NCBI GenBank assembly: GCA_050693155.1
Contig: JBOGWA010000128.1
Location: 10,668 to 74,667, forward strand
DNA from: Actinomycetota bacterium
Lineage (GTDB): Bacteria; Actinomycetota; UBA4738; CALAEC01
Reading direction: 5' to 3'
DNA length: 64,000 nt
Shown: positions 46,292-56,696 of the stretch, one piece after another
Position numbering within the stretch: the stretch's first letter is position 1
Layout: every line of letters starts with the position of its first letter
Notes under the pieces: generated by a model
What the model was told of the DNA's origin: nothing
Databases searched by the model: none
The model's input: the letters and a program-made list of their open reading frames with translations, nothing else
Translations under genes and position numbers: made by a program

Positions 46292-46673
46292 TCTCGGTCA
46301 CGATCGGCTTCCGGAAGTTCTTCTGCTGTTCCTTCTTTGACGCCTCCGCGAGCTCTCGCTGGGCATCGTCGTGGTGGAAGATGGCCGTCCGGTACTGCGT
46401 CCCCACGTCCGGGCCCTGGCGATTCATCTGTGTCGGATCGTGGCTCCCCCAGAAGACGTCCAGCAGGCCCTGATAGGAGACTCGGGCTGGGTCGTACTCG
46501 ACCAGGACGGCCTCCGCGTGCCCGGTTCGATCGGTGCACACGTCCTCGTAGGTTGGGTTGTCCGTCTGCCCGCCCGTATATCCGACGGTCGTATTCATCA
46601 CCCCCGGGAGCATCCGGAAGTCGGCCTCCACCTGCCAGAAGCAGCCGGCCGCAAACGTCGCTTTTTCCGTCAC
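46176..46673 (-). CDS. msrA: Peptide methionine-S-sulfoxide reductase
   Basis: 165 aa. Active-site motif AGCFWQVE at the N-terminus. Confidence 0.9.
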   Translation of the reverse strand: MTEKATFAAGCFWQVEADFRMLPGVMNTTVGYTGGQTDNPTYEDVCTDRTGHAEAVLVEYDPARVSYQGLLDVFWGSHDPTQMNRQGPDVGTQYRTAIFHHDDAQRELAEASKKEQQKNFRKPIVTEITPADTFYSAEEYHQRYLEKRGQASCTIELAEKVEEPA

Positions 46674-46759
46674 GGAATCTCCTCGCGGTTCAGGCTCAGC
46701 CTATCGCTCTGATTCAGGAAACGCTCGCACAACGATCGTTGTTCCCGGAGGGTGGAGCC

Positions 46760-48706
46760 TCAGGCCGTCGCGGCCCTGATCTTCTCGAGGGCGCTTGGGT
46801 TCTCGAGACTCGAAAGGTCACCCGGGTCTTCCCCGAGGACAGCGGCTCGGATCGCGCGGCGGAGGATCTTCGCCGAGCGCGTCTTCGGGAGATCGTCGAC
46901 GAAAACGATTCGCGAGGGCGTGAAAGCCTTCCCCAGCCTCTCTGCGACGAGTCCCTTCAGTTCCTTCTCGAGCGTGTCGTCGATCTCTGCGCCCGGCTTC
47001 GTGATGACGAAGCACCACACCGCCTCGCCCTTGACCTCGTGGGGCACGCCGACGGCCGCGGACTCCGCGACGAACGGATGGTCCACGAGCGCCGATTCCA
47101 CCTCTGCCGGGCCCAGGCGCTTGCCGGCGATGTTCATCGTGTCGTCGGAACGGCCGTGGAGGAACCAGGCGCCGTCCTCATCGACGCTCGCCCAGTCGCC
47201 GTGGACCCAGACGTCGGGCCACCGGGACCAGTAGGTCTCGAGATACCGTTCCGGATCGCCCCAAACGCCCCGAGTCATGCCCGGCCAGGGCTTCGTGCAC
47301 ACGAGCTCGCCCACCTCGCCTGGGGCTACAGGTTTTCCATCCGGCCCCCAGACCTCGATCGCCATCCCGAGCGAAGGCCCGCCGAGGGAGGAGTTCTTGA
47401 TCGGTGCGATCGGGAGCGGCGAGAGGAAGCAGGCGCCGACCTCGGTCCCTCCCGAGATGTTGATGATCGGGCACCGGGCGCCGCCGATTCTCTCGAAGAA
47501 CCATTGGTACGGTTCCGGGTTCCAGGGCTCGCCGGTGGAGCCGAGAACCCGAAGAGATGACAGGTCGTGCGCGTCCACCCATTCCTCACCTGCGGGGATG
47601 AGCGCCCGGATGAGCGTGGGGGAAACCCCCAGGTGGGTGATCCGGCGCCGTTCGATCATGTCCCAGAGGCGGTCGGGATCGGGGTGGTTCGGAGCGCCCT
47701 CGTACAAGAAGACCGTCGCACCCAGGGCGCCCGCTCCGACGATCTCCCACGGGCCCATGATCCACCCGAGGTCGCTCACCCAGAAGAGGGTCTCGCCCTG
47801 GTGAAGATCGATCTGATAGGCGACCTCTTCGGCGATCTTCACCGTGAACCCGCCGTGGACGTGCACCGAACCTTTCGGGAGGCCGGTCGTCCCGCTCGTG
47901 TACGCGATCAGGAGCGGGTGCTCGCTGTCGAGCGAGCGAGTCTCGAAGCGCTCATCGGGCGCCTCATCGAGAAGCGTCTCCCAGCGAACGTCCCGGGTTT
48001 CGTCCCACGGCAGGTCGTCGCGATGCAGCCGTGACCAGGTGACGACGTGTTCGAGGGTCGGCGCGGCGCGCGCGGCCTCGTCGGCCGTCTCTTTCATCGG
48101 AACCGTTCCGCCTCTTCGGAGGAACCCGTCGGCCGTGATCAGGACCTTCGCGCTCGCGTCGACCAAGCGCGTGGCCACGGCGTCGGCAGCGAACCCCGAG
48201 AAGATCGGCAGGTAGATCGCTCCCAGCTTGGCACAGGCGAGCGTTGCGCCCACGGTCTCCGGGGCCATAGGCATGAAGATGCCGATGGTGTCGCCCTCCT
48301 GGACGCCGAGTGAGCGAAGGCCGTGCGCCAGCCGGTCGGCCATGGCGCGCAACTCCCGGTATGTAACGGTGCGGGAGGCGCCGTCCTCTCCCTCCCAAAG
48401 GATCGCCGTCGCGTCGGGGGTTCGCTCGGCCCACCGATCGACGCAGATATGGGCGAGGTTCGTCCGCCCGCCTACGAACCATCTCGCCCAGGGGATTCCG
48501 TCGGAGGTGTCGAGCACCCGCTCGTAGGGGGCGAGGAAGGCGAGATCGAGGTCCTTGACGACGGCGTCCCAGAACCACTCGAGGTCATCTTGGGATCGGC
48601 GCACGAGCTCCTCGTACGAGTCGATCTCGTGTGCGCGCATGAACCGGGTGACGTTCGCCCGCTCCACGTACTCCTTCGTCGGCTTCCAGATCGGAGGCTG
48701 AGGCAT
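46760..48706 (-). CDS. AMP-forming acyl-CoA synthetase of the acetyl-CoA-synthetase family (acetate, propionate or acetoacetate-CoA ligase type)
   Basis: 648 aa from the ATG at complement 48704..48706 (MPQPPIWKPTKEY...); the track ORF has 35 extra codons. Motifs YTSGTTGLPKG and ISGGTE, and C-terminal KTRSAKILRR. Confidence 0.8.
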   Translation of the reverse strand: MPQPPIWKPTKEYVERANVTRFMRAHEIDSYEELVRRSQDDLEWFWDAVVKDLDLAFLAPYERVLDTSDGIPWARWFVGGRTNLAHICVDRWAERTPDATAILWEGEDGASRTVTYRELRAMADRLAHGLRSLGVQEGDTIGIFMPMAPETVGATLACAKLGAIYLPIFSGFAADAVATRLVDASAKVLITADGFLRRGGTVPMKETADEAARAAPTLEHVVTWSRLHRDDLPWDETRDVRWETLLDEAPDERFETRSLDSEHPLLIAYTSGTTGLPKGSVHVHGGFTVKIAEEVAYQIDLHQGETLFWVSDLGWIMGPWEIVGAGALGATVFLYEGAPNHPDPDRLWDMIERRRITHLGVSPTLIRALIPAGEEWVDAHDLSSLRVLGSTGEPWNPEPYQWFFERIGGARCPIINISGGTEVGACFLSPLPIAPIKNSSLGGPSLGMAIEVWGPDGKPVAPGEVGELVCTKPWPGMTRGVWGDPERYLETYWSRWPDVWVHGDWASVDEDGAWFLHGRSDDTMNIAGKRLGPAEVESALVDHPFVAESAAVGVPHEVKGEAVWCFVITKPGAEIDDTLEKELKGLVAERLGKAFTPSRIVFVDDLPKTRSAKILRRAIRAAVLGEDPGDLSSLENPSALEKIRAATA

Positions 48707-48707
48707 C

Positions 48708-50075
48708 GTGAGTCCGGGTACCCTTTGCCTGATGTCTGAGCGTAAGCGTACGACCGCGGCCGGCCCGAGCACCACGGCGCCGGGACCTCTCGGGCGGTGG
48801 GATCGAATCATGCTCGTGATCGCCGGCTACCTGACGGCCGCACTCTCCCTCGGCGCCGCGGGCGCGATCGGCTTGCTGAAGTTCACCGAGTCCCAGCTCA
48901 ACCGAGTCGAAGTTTCGGCGCTTTCAAGAGAGTTCAGCGGCCCGGTGAACGTTCTCTTGCTCGGAAGCGACACGCGGGAAGGCCTCACGGAGGAGGAGCA
49001 GCAGCGGAAAGGTAGTCCTGAAGAGGTATCGGGCGTGCGTTCCGACACGATCATCCTCATCAACTTCGACCCTCGCAGGAACCGAGCCGTGATGGTCCAC
49101 TTCCCTCGTGATCTCCGCGTGGAGATCCCCGGGCACGGGGAGGACAAGATCAACGCGGCGCTCAATCTCGGCGGTCCGGATCTGGTCGTGGAGGCGATCC
49201 GGAAGTTCACCGGCCTGCCCATCCACCACTACCTGGAAGTGAACTTCAACGGTTTCCGGGCCCTCGTCGAAGCGATCGGCGGCGTCGATATGTGTGTCGA
49301 CCGACCGCTGTTCGACGAGCTCGCGGAGCTCAACATCCCGCAAGCCGGCTGCTACACGTTCGACGGCGACACAGCACTCGCGTTCGTTCGAGCCCGAAAC
49401 GTCGAGGGAGACCTGATCCCCGACTTCAATCGGATCGCGAGGCAACAGCAGTTCATCCGGGCTCTGCTGAACGAATTCCTCCGGCCGGGGGCGCTGGTTC
49501 GCCTTCCTTCGCTCCTCGGCCTTGCGGCGCGAAACCTCACCACCGACACCGAGCTTGCGGCGACGGACCTGCTCTTCCTCGCGGCGAAGCTCCGCGGGCT
49601 CGCCGAGGCCGACCCCACCGGGGCATCGAATATCGATCTTCGCGTCGTCCCGGGCCTGCCGCAGACCATCGACGAGATCTCCTACGTGATCGCCGTCCAA
49701 CCGGAAACCGAGCGGCTCTTCAAGGCCCTGCGGAACGGGACGGCCCTGGGCAACCTCGGCACGGTTCAGGCGGGAACCCCGACGTCTCCTGCGCTCATCG
49801 GGATCCAGGTGTTGGAGGCTGGAGCCGGTGACGAACAGACCGGGCTCGTCGTCGATCTGCTCCGCCGAGCGGGATTCCTGGTGCTCGGCACGGCGCCGGC
49901 GCCGCCCGAGGAGACCGCAAGCGTGATCATCTACCGGCGGGGGGCCCGGGACCTTGCAGACACCGTCGCCGGCTTCTTCCCGGAGCTGCCGCTTCGTGAG
50001 GGGAGCACGGCCATCCTCCGGGGAGCCGACGTCGCGATCGTCGTCGCCGATGACTTCCGGGGGTTCGAAGGATGA
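48708..50075 (+). CDS. LytR-CpsA-Psr (LCP) family cell-wall glycopolymer transferase with a C-terminal LytR_C domain
   Basis: 455 aa. N-terminal transmembrane anchor, then LCP core (VLLLGSDTR...RSDTIILINFDP...FDGDTALAFVRAR). Its stop overlaps the next gene's ATG (ATGA). Confidence 0.85.
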   Translation: MSPGTLCLMSERKRTTAAGPSTTAPGPLGRWDRIMLVIAGYLTAALSLGAAGAIGLLKFTESQLNRVEVSALSREFSGPVNVLLLGSDTREGLTEEEQQRKGSPEEVSGVRSDTIILINFDPRRNRAVMVHFPRDLRVEIPGHGEDKINAALNLGGPDLVVEAIRKFTGLPIHHYLEVNFNGFRALVEAIGGVDMCVDRPLFDELAELNIPQAGCYTFDGDTALAFVRARNVEGDLIPDFNRIARQQQFIRALLNEFLRPGALVRLPSLLGLAARNLTTDTELAATDLLFLAAKLRGLAEADPTGASNIDLRVVPGLPQTIDEISYVIAVQPETERLFKALRNGTALGNLGTVQAGTPTSPALIGIQVLEAGAGDEQTGLVVDLLRRAGFLVLGTAPAPPEETASVIIYRRGARDLADTVAGFFPELPLREGSTAILRGADVAIVVADDFRGFEG

Positions 50076-51133
50076 AGGCGCTCGTCCTCGCCGGCGGTGA
50101 GGGATCGAGGCTCCGCCCGATCACCCACACGAATGCAAAGCAGCTCATCCCGATTGCGAACAAACCGATTCTGTTCTACGGGCTCGAGGCCATTCGAGAC
50201 GCGGGGATCCGCGAGGTCGGGATCGTGGTCGGAGCGACCGCGGACGAGATCACGGGTGAGGTGGGCGACGGCTCTGCGTGGGGCCTTCGGGCGACCTACC
50301 TTCGCCAGGACTCTCCACGCGGTCTCGCTCACGCCGTCCTGATCTCGCGGGAGTTCTTGGGGGACGAGCCGTTCGTCATGTATCTGGGCGACAACGTCCT
50401 CCTCGAGGGGGTTGCCGGCTTCGTGGAACAGTTCGAAGCCCACCGTCCGAACGCGCAGATCTTTCTTGCCGCGGTGCCGGAGCCGGAACGGTTCGGGGTT
50501 GCCGTGCTCGAAGGCGATCGAGTCGTCCGACTGGTCGAGAAGCCGAAGGAGTACATTTCCGATCTCGCGCTCGTTGGTGTGTATCTCTTCGACCCCTCGA
50601 TTCACCAGGCCGTCGCGTCGATCGAGCCGTCCTCGCGTGGGGAGCTCGAGATCACCGACGCGATTCAGAACTTGATCGATGCCGGGCGCGCCGTGCGCGC
50701 GGAGATCGTCGGCGGCTGGTGGAAGGACACGGGCAAGCTCGAGGATCTCCTCGAAGCGAATCAGATGATGCTTTCGGTACTCGAGCCTCGCGTAGATGGG
50801 GAGGTCGACGAGGACTCAACGCTCGTGGGACCCGTCACGATCGAACCGGGAGCGAAGGTCGTTCGCTCGGTGATCCGCGGGCCCTCGATCATCGGATCGG
50901 ACACCGTGATCGAAGATTCACTCGTCGGTCCCTACGCTTCGGTCTACTTCGGCTGCGAGATCACCGGGAGCCAGATCGAGAACTCCATCGTCATGGAGCG
51001 CTGCCGGGTGGACGGTATCGAAGCGATCGCCGAGTCGCTTGTCGGAAAGAACGTCGAGATCCGCCGCGGAGGTGTCCGACCCGCGATGTACCGGCTGATG
51101 CTCGGCGATCAAAGCCAAGTCGAGGTCTCCTAG
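50072..51133 (+). CDS. rmlA: Glucose-1-phosphate thymidylyltransferase, long form (nucleotidyltransferase plus left-handed beta-helix)
   Basis: 353 aa. N-terminal LAGGEGSRLRPITHTNAKQL signature and C-terminal hexapeptide repeats. Confidence 0.8.
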   Translation: MKALVLAGGEGSRLRPITHTNAKQLIPIANKPILFYGLEAIRDAGIREVGIVVGATADEITGEVGDGSAWGLRATYLRQDSPRGLAHAVLISREFLGDEPFVMYLGDNVLLEGVAGFVEQFEAHRPNAQIFLAAVPEPERFGVAVLEGDRVVRLVEKPKEYISDLALVGVYLFDPSIHQAVASIEPSSRGELEITDAIQNLIDAGRAVRAEIVGGWWKDTGKLEDLLEANQMMLSVLEPRVDGEVDEDSTLVGPVTIEPGAKVVRSVIRGPSIIGSDTVIEDSLVGPYASVYFGCEITGSQIENSIVMERCRVDGIEAIAESLVGKNVEIRRGGVRPAMYRLMLGDQSQVEVS

Positions 51134-51138
51134 ACCCG

Positions 51139-52296
51139 ATGCGGGTCGCGATCGATGTCCGTCCGGCGGTGTCGGCCGGAATGACTGGAATCGGTTTCTA
51201 CACCCGCTATTTGCTCGAGCTGCTTCCCGAGGTGGATCCGGCGGCCACGTACGTCGCCTGGTATCTGAACGCGAAGGCTATTTTGAAGCCGATCCATCGG
51301 CGGCGGTTCTTTTCGAACATCGCCGGCCTCGTCGAGCGCGCAACGCCCTTTCCCGCTCGACTGTTCGAGCGGCTTTCCGAGCGGTTCGAGCTCCCGAGGG
51401 TGGAATGGTTCACGCGGTTTGACGTCCTATTCGCGCCGAACTTCCTTCCGCCCCCGACGAAGACCCGCCGGCTGGTGCTGACGATCCACGACCTCGCGTT
51501 CAGGAAGTTCCCGGAGACGGCCCCGGCCGCGACGCTTCGCTGGCTCGGTCGCCTGGATCGCGCTCTCGAACAAGCTGCCGAGATCATCGCCGTCTCCGAG
51601 CACACGAAGGCAGACCTCTGTGAGCTATACCCGGTGGAGCCGGACCGGGTGACCGTGATCCCGCATGGGGTCGACACCAATGTGTTCCATCCGCCGCTGC
51701 CTGAGGAAGTCGAGCGAGTTCGGCGGACGTTGGAGATCGAGGGCCCGTACCTCGTTTTCCTCGGAGGGATCGAGCCGCGGAAGAACCTCCCGGCATTGGT
51801 TCGCGCGTTCGCGAAGCTTCCCGCTCGGTTCCAACACACCCTCGTCATCGCAGGCGCGAGCGTGCCGTGGAATCCCGAGGGCGTCGACCAGCTGCGACCG
51901 GTCGTGGAAGAGCTGCGACGCGAAGCGAGGCAGCGCATCGTTTTCGCCGGCTACCTCTCCGACGAGAACAAGGTGGCTCTGCTCGGCGGCGCGCGGGCGC
52001 TGGTGTTTCCCTCCCGCTACGAGGGCTTCGGACTGCCGGTTCTGGAGGCGATGGCGTGCGGAACGCCGGTTCTGACCTCGAACGTGTCCGCCCTCCCGGA
52101 GGTGGCGGGCGACGCGGCGGTGCTCGTCGATCCGACCGATGAGGACTCGATCGCGTGGGGGATCCAGCTCATCCTGGGGAACGAGGAGCATCGAGAACGG
52201 CTTCGGCAGCAGGGGTTTCGCCGAGCGGCGCAGTTCGATTGGCGCGAGACGGCTCGACGCACGGCCGCGGTGCTTCACCGCGCCGCAAAGGCCTAA
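51139..52296 (+). CDS. Glycosyltransferase family 4
   Basis: 385 aa from the ATG at 51139; the track ORF 50278.. is in the same frame but over-extended. Contains IEPRKN and SRYEGFGLPVLEAMA. Confidence 0.8.
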   Translation: MRVAIDVRPAVSAGMTGIGFYTRYLLELLPEVDPAATYVAWYLNAKAILKPIHRRRFFSNIAGLVERATPFPARLFERLSERFELPRVEWFTRFDVLFAPNFLPPPTKTRRLVLTIHDLAFRKFPETAPAATLRWLGRLDRALEQAAEIIAVSEHTKADLCELYPVEPDRVTVIPHGVDTNVFHPPLPEEVERVRRTLEIEGPYLVFLGGIEPRKNLPALVRAFAKLPARFQHTLVIAGASVPWNPEGVDQLRPVVEELRREARQRIVFAGYLSDENKVALLGGARALVFPSRYEGFGLPVLEAMACGTPVLTSNVSALPEVAGDAAVLVDPTDEDSIAWGIQLILGNEEHRERLRQQGFRRAAQFDWRETARRTAAVLHRAAKA

Positions 52297-52333
52297 ACTT
52301 GAGTGCCCGGCGTCCCCCCACTGGAGTCTCCTG

Positions 52334-52798
52334 ATGAGCGATGAGATCAATGGGGTCTGGGTGAAGGATCTCACCGTGATCCCCGACGAGCGGGGACGGC
52401 TGTTCGAGGTTCTCCGCCACGACGACGAGGGCTTTGTTCGTTTCGGGCAGGTCTACGCCACGACCACGTATCCCGGGGTTGTGAAGGCCTGGCATCTTCA
52501 CAGGGTTCAGCTCGACAACTTTTGCTGCGTGAAGGGGATGGTGAAGCTCGTTCTGTTCGACGGCCGGGAGGACTCGCCGACGAAGGGAACGTTGCGCGAA
52601 TACTTCATCGGGGAACACAACATGAAGCTCGTTCGGGTTCCGGCCGGTGTGCACCACGGGTGGAAGTGCATCTCCGAGGAAGAGGCCGTCGTGATCAACG
52701 TCCCGACCGAGCCGTACAACCACGAGGAACCGGACGAGTTTCGCCTGGACTGGGACTCCGCGGAGATCCCGTATTCCTGGGACGTCGTCTTCGAGTGA
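52334..52798 (+). CDS. rmlC: dTDP-4-dehydrorhamnose 3,5-epimerase-family cupin (RmlC-like)
   Basis: 154 aa from the ATG at 52334. Cupin fold with His/Lys/Tyr residues conserved in RmlC (FGQVYATT...KAWHLH). Confidence 0.7.
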   Translation: MSDEINGVWVKDLTVIPDERGRLFEVLRHDDEGFVRFGQVYATTTYPGVVKAWHLHRVQLDNFCCVKGMVKLVLFDGREDSPTKGTLREYFIGEHNMKLVRVPAGVHHGWKCISEEEAVVINVPTEPYNHEEPDEFRLDWDSAEIPYSWDVVFE

Positions 52799-53751
52799 AG
52801 ATCCTCGTTCCCGGCGCGGCGGGCTTCATCGGGTCGCACTTCGTGGACCTGCTCGTCCGAGCGAGGCCGAGCGATGAGCTCGCGGTGCTCGATGCGCTCA
52901 CGTACGCGGGCGACATCCGGAACCTTGCGGCCCACGAACGGGAGCCCCGCTTTCAATTCGTCAGGGGCGACGTCGCCGACCCAAAGATCATCAATCCGCT
53001 CGTCGAGTGGGCCGACCTCGTCGTGAACTTCGCGGCGGAGTCGTTCGTCGATCGGAGCATCGAGGAAGCAGCCCCATTCGTGCGGACCAACCTGACGGGC
53101 ACACTCGTGCTGCTCGACGCCTGCCGCACCTCCCGAACGGCGATGGTCCAGGTCTCAACCGACGAGGTATATGGATCGATCGCTCAGGGAGCGTTCTCGG
53201 AGTCGAGCCTCCTCGCTCCGAACAATCCCTACTCGGCGACGAAGGCGGGGGGCGACTTGCTTTGCCGCGCGTACCACCACACCTACGGGATGGACGTTCG
53301 GATCATGCGCGGTCCGAATTCGTACGGACCGCGGCAGAACCCGGAGAAAGCGATCCCGACCTTTACGATTGCGGCGCTCACGCGAAAGCAGCTACCCATC
53401 TACGGCGATGGCTCGAACCGTCGCGAGTGGCTCTACGTTGCGGACTTCTGCCGTGCCGTGCTGACCGTGGCCGAGGACGGCGAGCCCGGAGAGATCTACA
53501 ACGCGGGCGGGGGTCACGAGCTAGCGAACCTCGAGCTCGCAACGGAGATCTGCCGGCTTACCGGTGCACCGGAGGCGTTGATCACCTTCGTCGAGGACCG
53601 CCCCGGTCACGACTTTCGGTACTCCATGGTCTGGGACCGACTCTCTGCCCTTGGCTGGAAACCGGAGACCGACTTCGGCGAAGGGCTCGAGCGGACGGTC
53701 ACTTGGTTCCAGCAACATGCTGAAAGGTGGCCGGGGGGTTTGGGAGGATAG
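52795..53751 (+). CDS. rmlB: dTDP-glucose 4,6-dehydratase
   Basis: 318 aa from a GTG overlapping the rmlC stop (GTGA). Motifs GAAGFIGSH, STDEVYG and YSATKAG. Confidence 0.9.
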   Translation: MKILVPGAAGFIGSHFVDLLVRARPSDELAVLDALTYAGDIRNLAAHEREPRFQFVRGDVADPKIINPLVEWADLVVNFAAESFVDRSIEEAAPFVRTNLTGTLVLLDACRTSRTAMVQVSTDEVYGSIAQGAFSESSLLAPNNPYSATKAGGDLLCRAYHHTYGMDVRIMRGPNSYGPRQNPEKAIPTFTIAALTRKQLPIYGDGSNRREWLYVADFCRAVLTVAEDGEPGEIYNAGGGHELANLELATEICRLTGAPEALITFVEDRPGHDFRYSMVWDRLSALGWKPETDFGEGLERTVTWFQQHAERWPGGLGG

Positions 53752-53816
53752 CTCGCCATGGGTGAGACGCCGGTTCTGGCGGTAGCGAGCGAACCCCCCG
53801 ATCGGAAGGAGAAGCG

Positions 53817-54647
53817 ATGAGGATCGCGGTTACCGGCGCCGGCGGCGGACTGGGGCGGGCGTTCGTCGAACGGGCGCCCGGACATCACGACATTGTGGCG
53901 TTCACGCACGAGGAGCTCCCGGTGGAGGAGCGCCACAGCGTCTTCCAGCTCCTCGTTCCGACGCGGCCGGATCTCGTTCTGCATTGCGCCGCGATGACGA
54001 GGGTGGACGACTGCGAGGAAGACCCCGATCGAGCGTTCCGGGTGAATGCATCGGGCACGGGGAACGTTGCTCGCGCGACCCGGGAGGCCGGGGCGTTGCT
54101 CGTCTACGTCTCGACGGACTACGTCTTCGACGGCGAGAAGCGGGAGCCGTACCACGAGTTCGACCGCACAAACCCGATCTCGGCGTACGGCGCGAGCAAG
54201 CTCGCAGGGGAGGAACAGGCCCGTCTCACTCCCGAGCATCTCATCGTGAGAACGTCGTGGGTGTTCGGCGCGCCGGGCGATTACGTGACTCGATCGCTCG
54301 AGGAGCTCAGGGGAGGGGCGACGGTCGGCGCGGTGGTTGACCGGACCAGTACACCGACCCACGTTGGTCATCTCGCCGAGCGTCTCGTCCCGCTCGCGCT
54401 CACCGGCCGGCGGGGCCTTGTTCACCTCGGAGGCCCCGAAGCCACGACGTGGTTCGACCTCCTCTCCCGAGCACGAGAGCTCGGTGGTCTCAAGGGCGAG
54501 GTGTTGGAACAGAAGACGGGTGACCTGCGCCTGCCCGCGCCCCGGCCCACGAACTCGGCCCTTCGCAGCGTCGTACTCGAAGACGGGGAGGTTCCGCCGA
54601 TGCCTCCGCTCGATGACGCGCTCGAGGAGTTGCTCGGTGGCGACTGA
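53817..54647 (+). CDS. rmlD: dTDP-4-dehydrorhamnose reductase
   Basis: 276 aa. Motifs VTGAGGGLG, YGASKLAGE, and STDYVFDG. Confidence 0.85.
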   Translation: MRIAVTGAGGGLGRAFVERAPGHHDIVAFTHEELPVEERHSVFQLLVPTRPDLVLHCAAMTRVDDCEEDPDRAFRVNASGTGNVARATREAGALLVYVSTDYVFDGEKREPYHEFDRTNPISAYGASKLAGEEQARLTPEHLIVRTSWVFGAPGDYVTRSLEELRGGATVGAVVDRTSTPTHVGHLAERLVPLALTGRRGLVHLGGPEATTWFDLLSRARELGGLKGEVLEQKTGDLRLPAPRPTNSALRSVVLEDGEVPPMPPLDDALEELLGGD

Positions 54648-55515
54648 AGCGATCCGTACGAGCGAGCCCGCCCGACTCCGATTCGGGGAGCGCCTCGCCG
54701 AGGTGCTCCGCCACCGCGAGGTCCTGGTGAACCTGATCCGCAAGGAGCTCCGGATCAAGTACAAGTCGTCTTTCCTCGGCGTTGCGTGGTCGATGCTGAA
54801 CCCGCTCCTTTACCTGGCGGTCTTCTACGTCGTCTTCACGTTCTTCCTGCGGAACGACACCCCGAACTTCGCCGTGTATCTCGTCTCGGGGCTTCTCGGA
54901 TTCACTCTGTTCTCCACGGGTCTTCAAGGCGCAACGAGTTCGGTCGTCGCGAATGCGTCGCTCGTCACGAAGGTCGCGTTCCCCCGGGAGATCCTTCCGC
55001 TCTCGGCGATCGGCGCCTCGCTCGTGTACTTCTTCTATCAGCTGCTCGTGCTCTTGCTGTTCGTCACGGTGCTGCGCTACCCGTATGTCGGGGCGAATCT
55101 GTTGCTCCTGCCCGCGGCGCTCGCCGTGCTCCTGCTGTTCACCTCGGCGCTCGGGCTCGGGACGGCGGCACTCAACGTGCGGTACCGGGATACCCATCAC
55201 CTCGTCGAGCTGGGGCTCCTCGCGTGGTTCTGGGTTACTCCCATCGTGTATCCGGCCTCGGTCGTGTTCGACAACGTGGGGTCCGATGTCGCGATCCAGA
55301 TCTGGCTCGCGAATCCGATCACGGCCGTCACGCTCGCTTTCCAGCGAGCGATCTACGGAGGCACCTCGACCGTTGCGCAATCGTTCCTTCCGGATGCCGG
55401 CATCGAGTGGTATTTGATCCGACTCGGCTACGTGGCCGCAGCCTCAGTGCTGCTCCTTGCGCTCACGTGGCGTACGTTCTTCCGTCTGTCCGGAGACTTC
55501 GCCGAGGAGCTCTGA
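54637..55515 (+). CDS. wzm: ABC-2-type polysaccharide export permease (Wzm-like)
   Basis: Conserved LIRKELRIKYKSSFLG motif and six transmembrane segments. GTG at 54637 is preceded by GAGGAG 7 nt upstream; an alternative ATG is at 54613. Confidence 0.8.
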   Translation: MATEAIRTSEPARLRFGERLAEVLRHREVLVNLIRKELRIKYKSSFLGVAWSMLNPLLYLAVFYVVFTFFLRNDTPNFAVYLVSGLLGFTLFSTGLQGATSSVVANASLVTKVAFPREILPLSAIGASLVYFFYQLLVLLLFVTVLRYPYVGANLLLLPAALAVLLLFTSALGLGTAALNVRYRDTHHLVELGLLAWFWVTPIVYPASVVFDNVGSDVAIQIWLANPITAVTLAFQRAIYGGTSTVAQSFLPDAGIEWYLIRLGYVAAASVLLLALTWRTFFRLSGDFAEEL

Positions 55516-56696
55516 TGTCGGAGATCGCAGTCTCGATCGAGTCGCTCTCCAAGCGTTTTCGCCTCTATCACGAGCGCCCGACGACCTTGAAGGAGCGCTT
55601 CCTCCGACTCAGGCGAACGACGGCGGAGGACTTCTGGGCTCTTCGTGACGTGTCATACGAGATCGCCAAGGGTCGAACGATCGGGCTCGTCGGTGCAAAC
55701 GGTTCGGGAAAGACGACGCTGCTCAAGCTGATCGGCGGGATCCTCCGCCCGACGACGGGGCGGGTTGTCACGCGCGGTCGCATCGCGGCCTTGCTCGAGC
55801 TCGGGGCCGGGTTTCACCCGGAGCTCACCGGTCGCGAGAACATCTACCTGAACGCCTCGATCCTCGGGCTCTCTCGCAAGGAGATCGACCGGACGTTCGA
55901 CGACATCGTTGGCTTTGCGGAGCTCGGGCGATTCATCGACAGTCAGGTGAAGTACTACTCCTCGGGCATGTTCGTCCGCCTCGGCTTCGCGGTGGCGGTC
56001 CACGTCGACCCCGAGATTCTTCTCGTCGACGAGGTGCTCGCGGTCGGAGACGAAGCCTTCCAGCACAAGTGTCTCACCCGAGTCAGGGAGTTCCAGCGAG
56101 AGGGGCGCACGATCGTGTTCGTGACGCACGACGTGGACATGGTTCGCCAGATCTGCAACGAGGCCATCATGCTCGAGCGCGGAGCGATCCGGGTCTCCGG
56201 AGAAGTGAACGATGTCATCCGGGAGTTCCGCTCTGCCATGCTCGCGCTCCGAACGTCCTTCGTCCGCGAAGACATCACCGGCGATATCGAGATCCTCTCG
56301 GTCCAGTTCCTGGACGCTGAAGGAGCGCCGGTCAAGAAGATCCGCCCGGGCGAAACGCTCGCGGTCCAGATCGACCTTCGGGCGAACGGCCCCGTCGAAG
56401 AGCCGGTCGTGTCGATCGCGATCTACGACTCCGCAGACCGGCTCCAGCTGAAGACCGGCACCGACTGGAAGCAGGTCCGTCTCGGCACCGTCGACGGGAA
56501 ACGTCGAGTGACGTTCGAGTTCTACCCGATGCCCTTCATGTCCGGGCGGTACCACGTGACGATCGGCGTGCACGCCCCCGACCTCTCAGCGGTTCACGAC
56601 TGGCACGATCAGCGCTACGCGTTCGACGTCGAGCACGAGTGGCGCCGAGAGGCGCAGGTCTACGTCCCCTGTGAAGTGCGGATCGAAGAGCTCTAG
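55515..56696 (+). CDS. wzt: ABC polysaccharide export ATP-binding protein (Wzt-like) with a C-terminal glycan-binding domain
   Basis: 393 aa. Its ATG overlaps the wzm stop (TGATG). Walker A GANGSGKTT, the ABC signature YSSGM, Walker B LLVDE, and a ~150-aa C-terminal beta-rich extension. Confidence 0.85.
   Translation: MSEIAVSIESLSKRFRLYHERPTTLKERFLRLRRTTAEDFWALRDVSYEIAKGRTIGLVGANGSGKTTLLKLIGGILRPTTGRVVTRGRIAALLELGAGFHPELTGRENIYLNASILGLSRKEIDRTFDDIVGFAELGRFIDSQVKYYSSGMFVRLGFAVAVHVDPEILLVDEVLAVGDEAFQHKCLTRVREFQREGRTIVFVTHDVDMVRQICNEAIMLERGAIRVSGEVNDVIREFRSAMLALRTSFVREDITGDIEILSVQFLDAEGAPVKKIRPGETLAVQIDLRANGPVEEPVVSIAIYDSADRLQLKTGTDWKQVRLGTVDGKRRVTFEFYPMPFMSGRYHVTIGVHAPDLSAVHDWHDQRYAFDVEHEWRREAQVYVPCEVRIEEL

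Noticed and set aside
50278-52296. 672-aa plus-strand ORF
   Set aside because: It is in the same frame as the GT4 gene but starts 861 nt upstream, inside rmlA. Only the GT4 part from the ATG at 51139 is supported.
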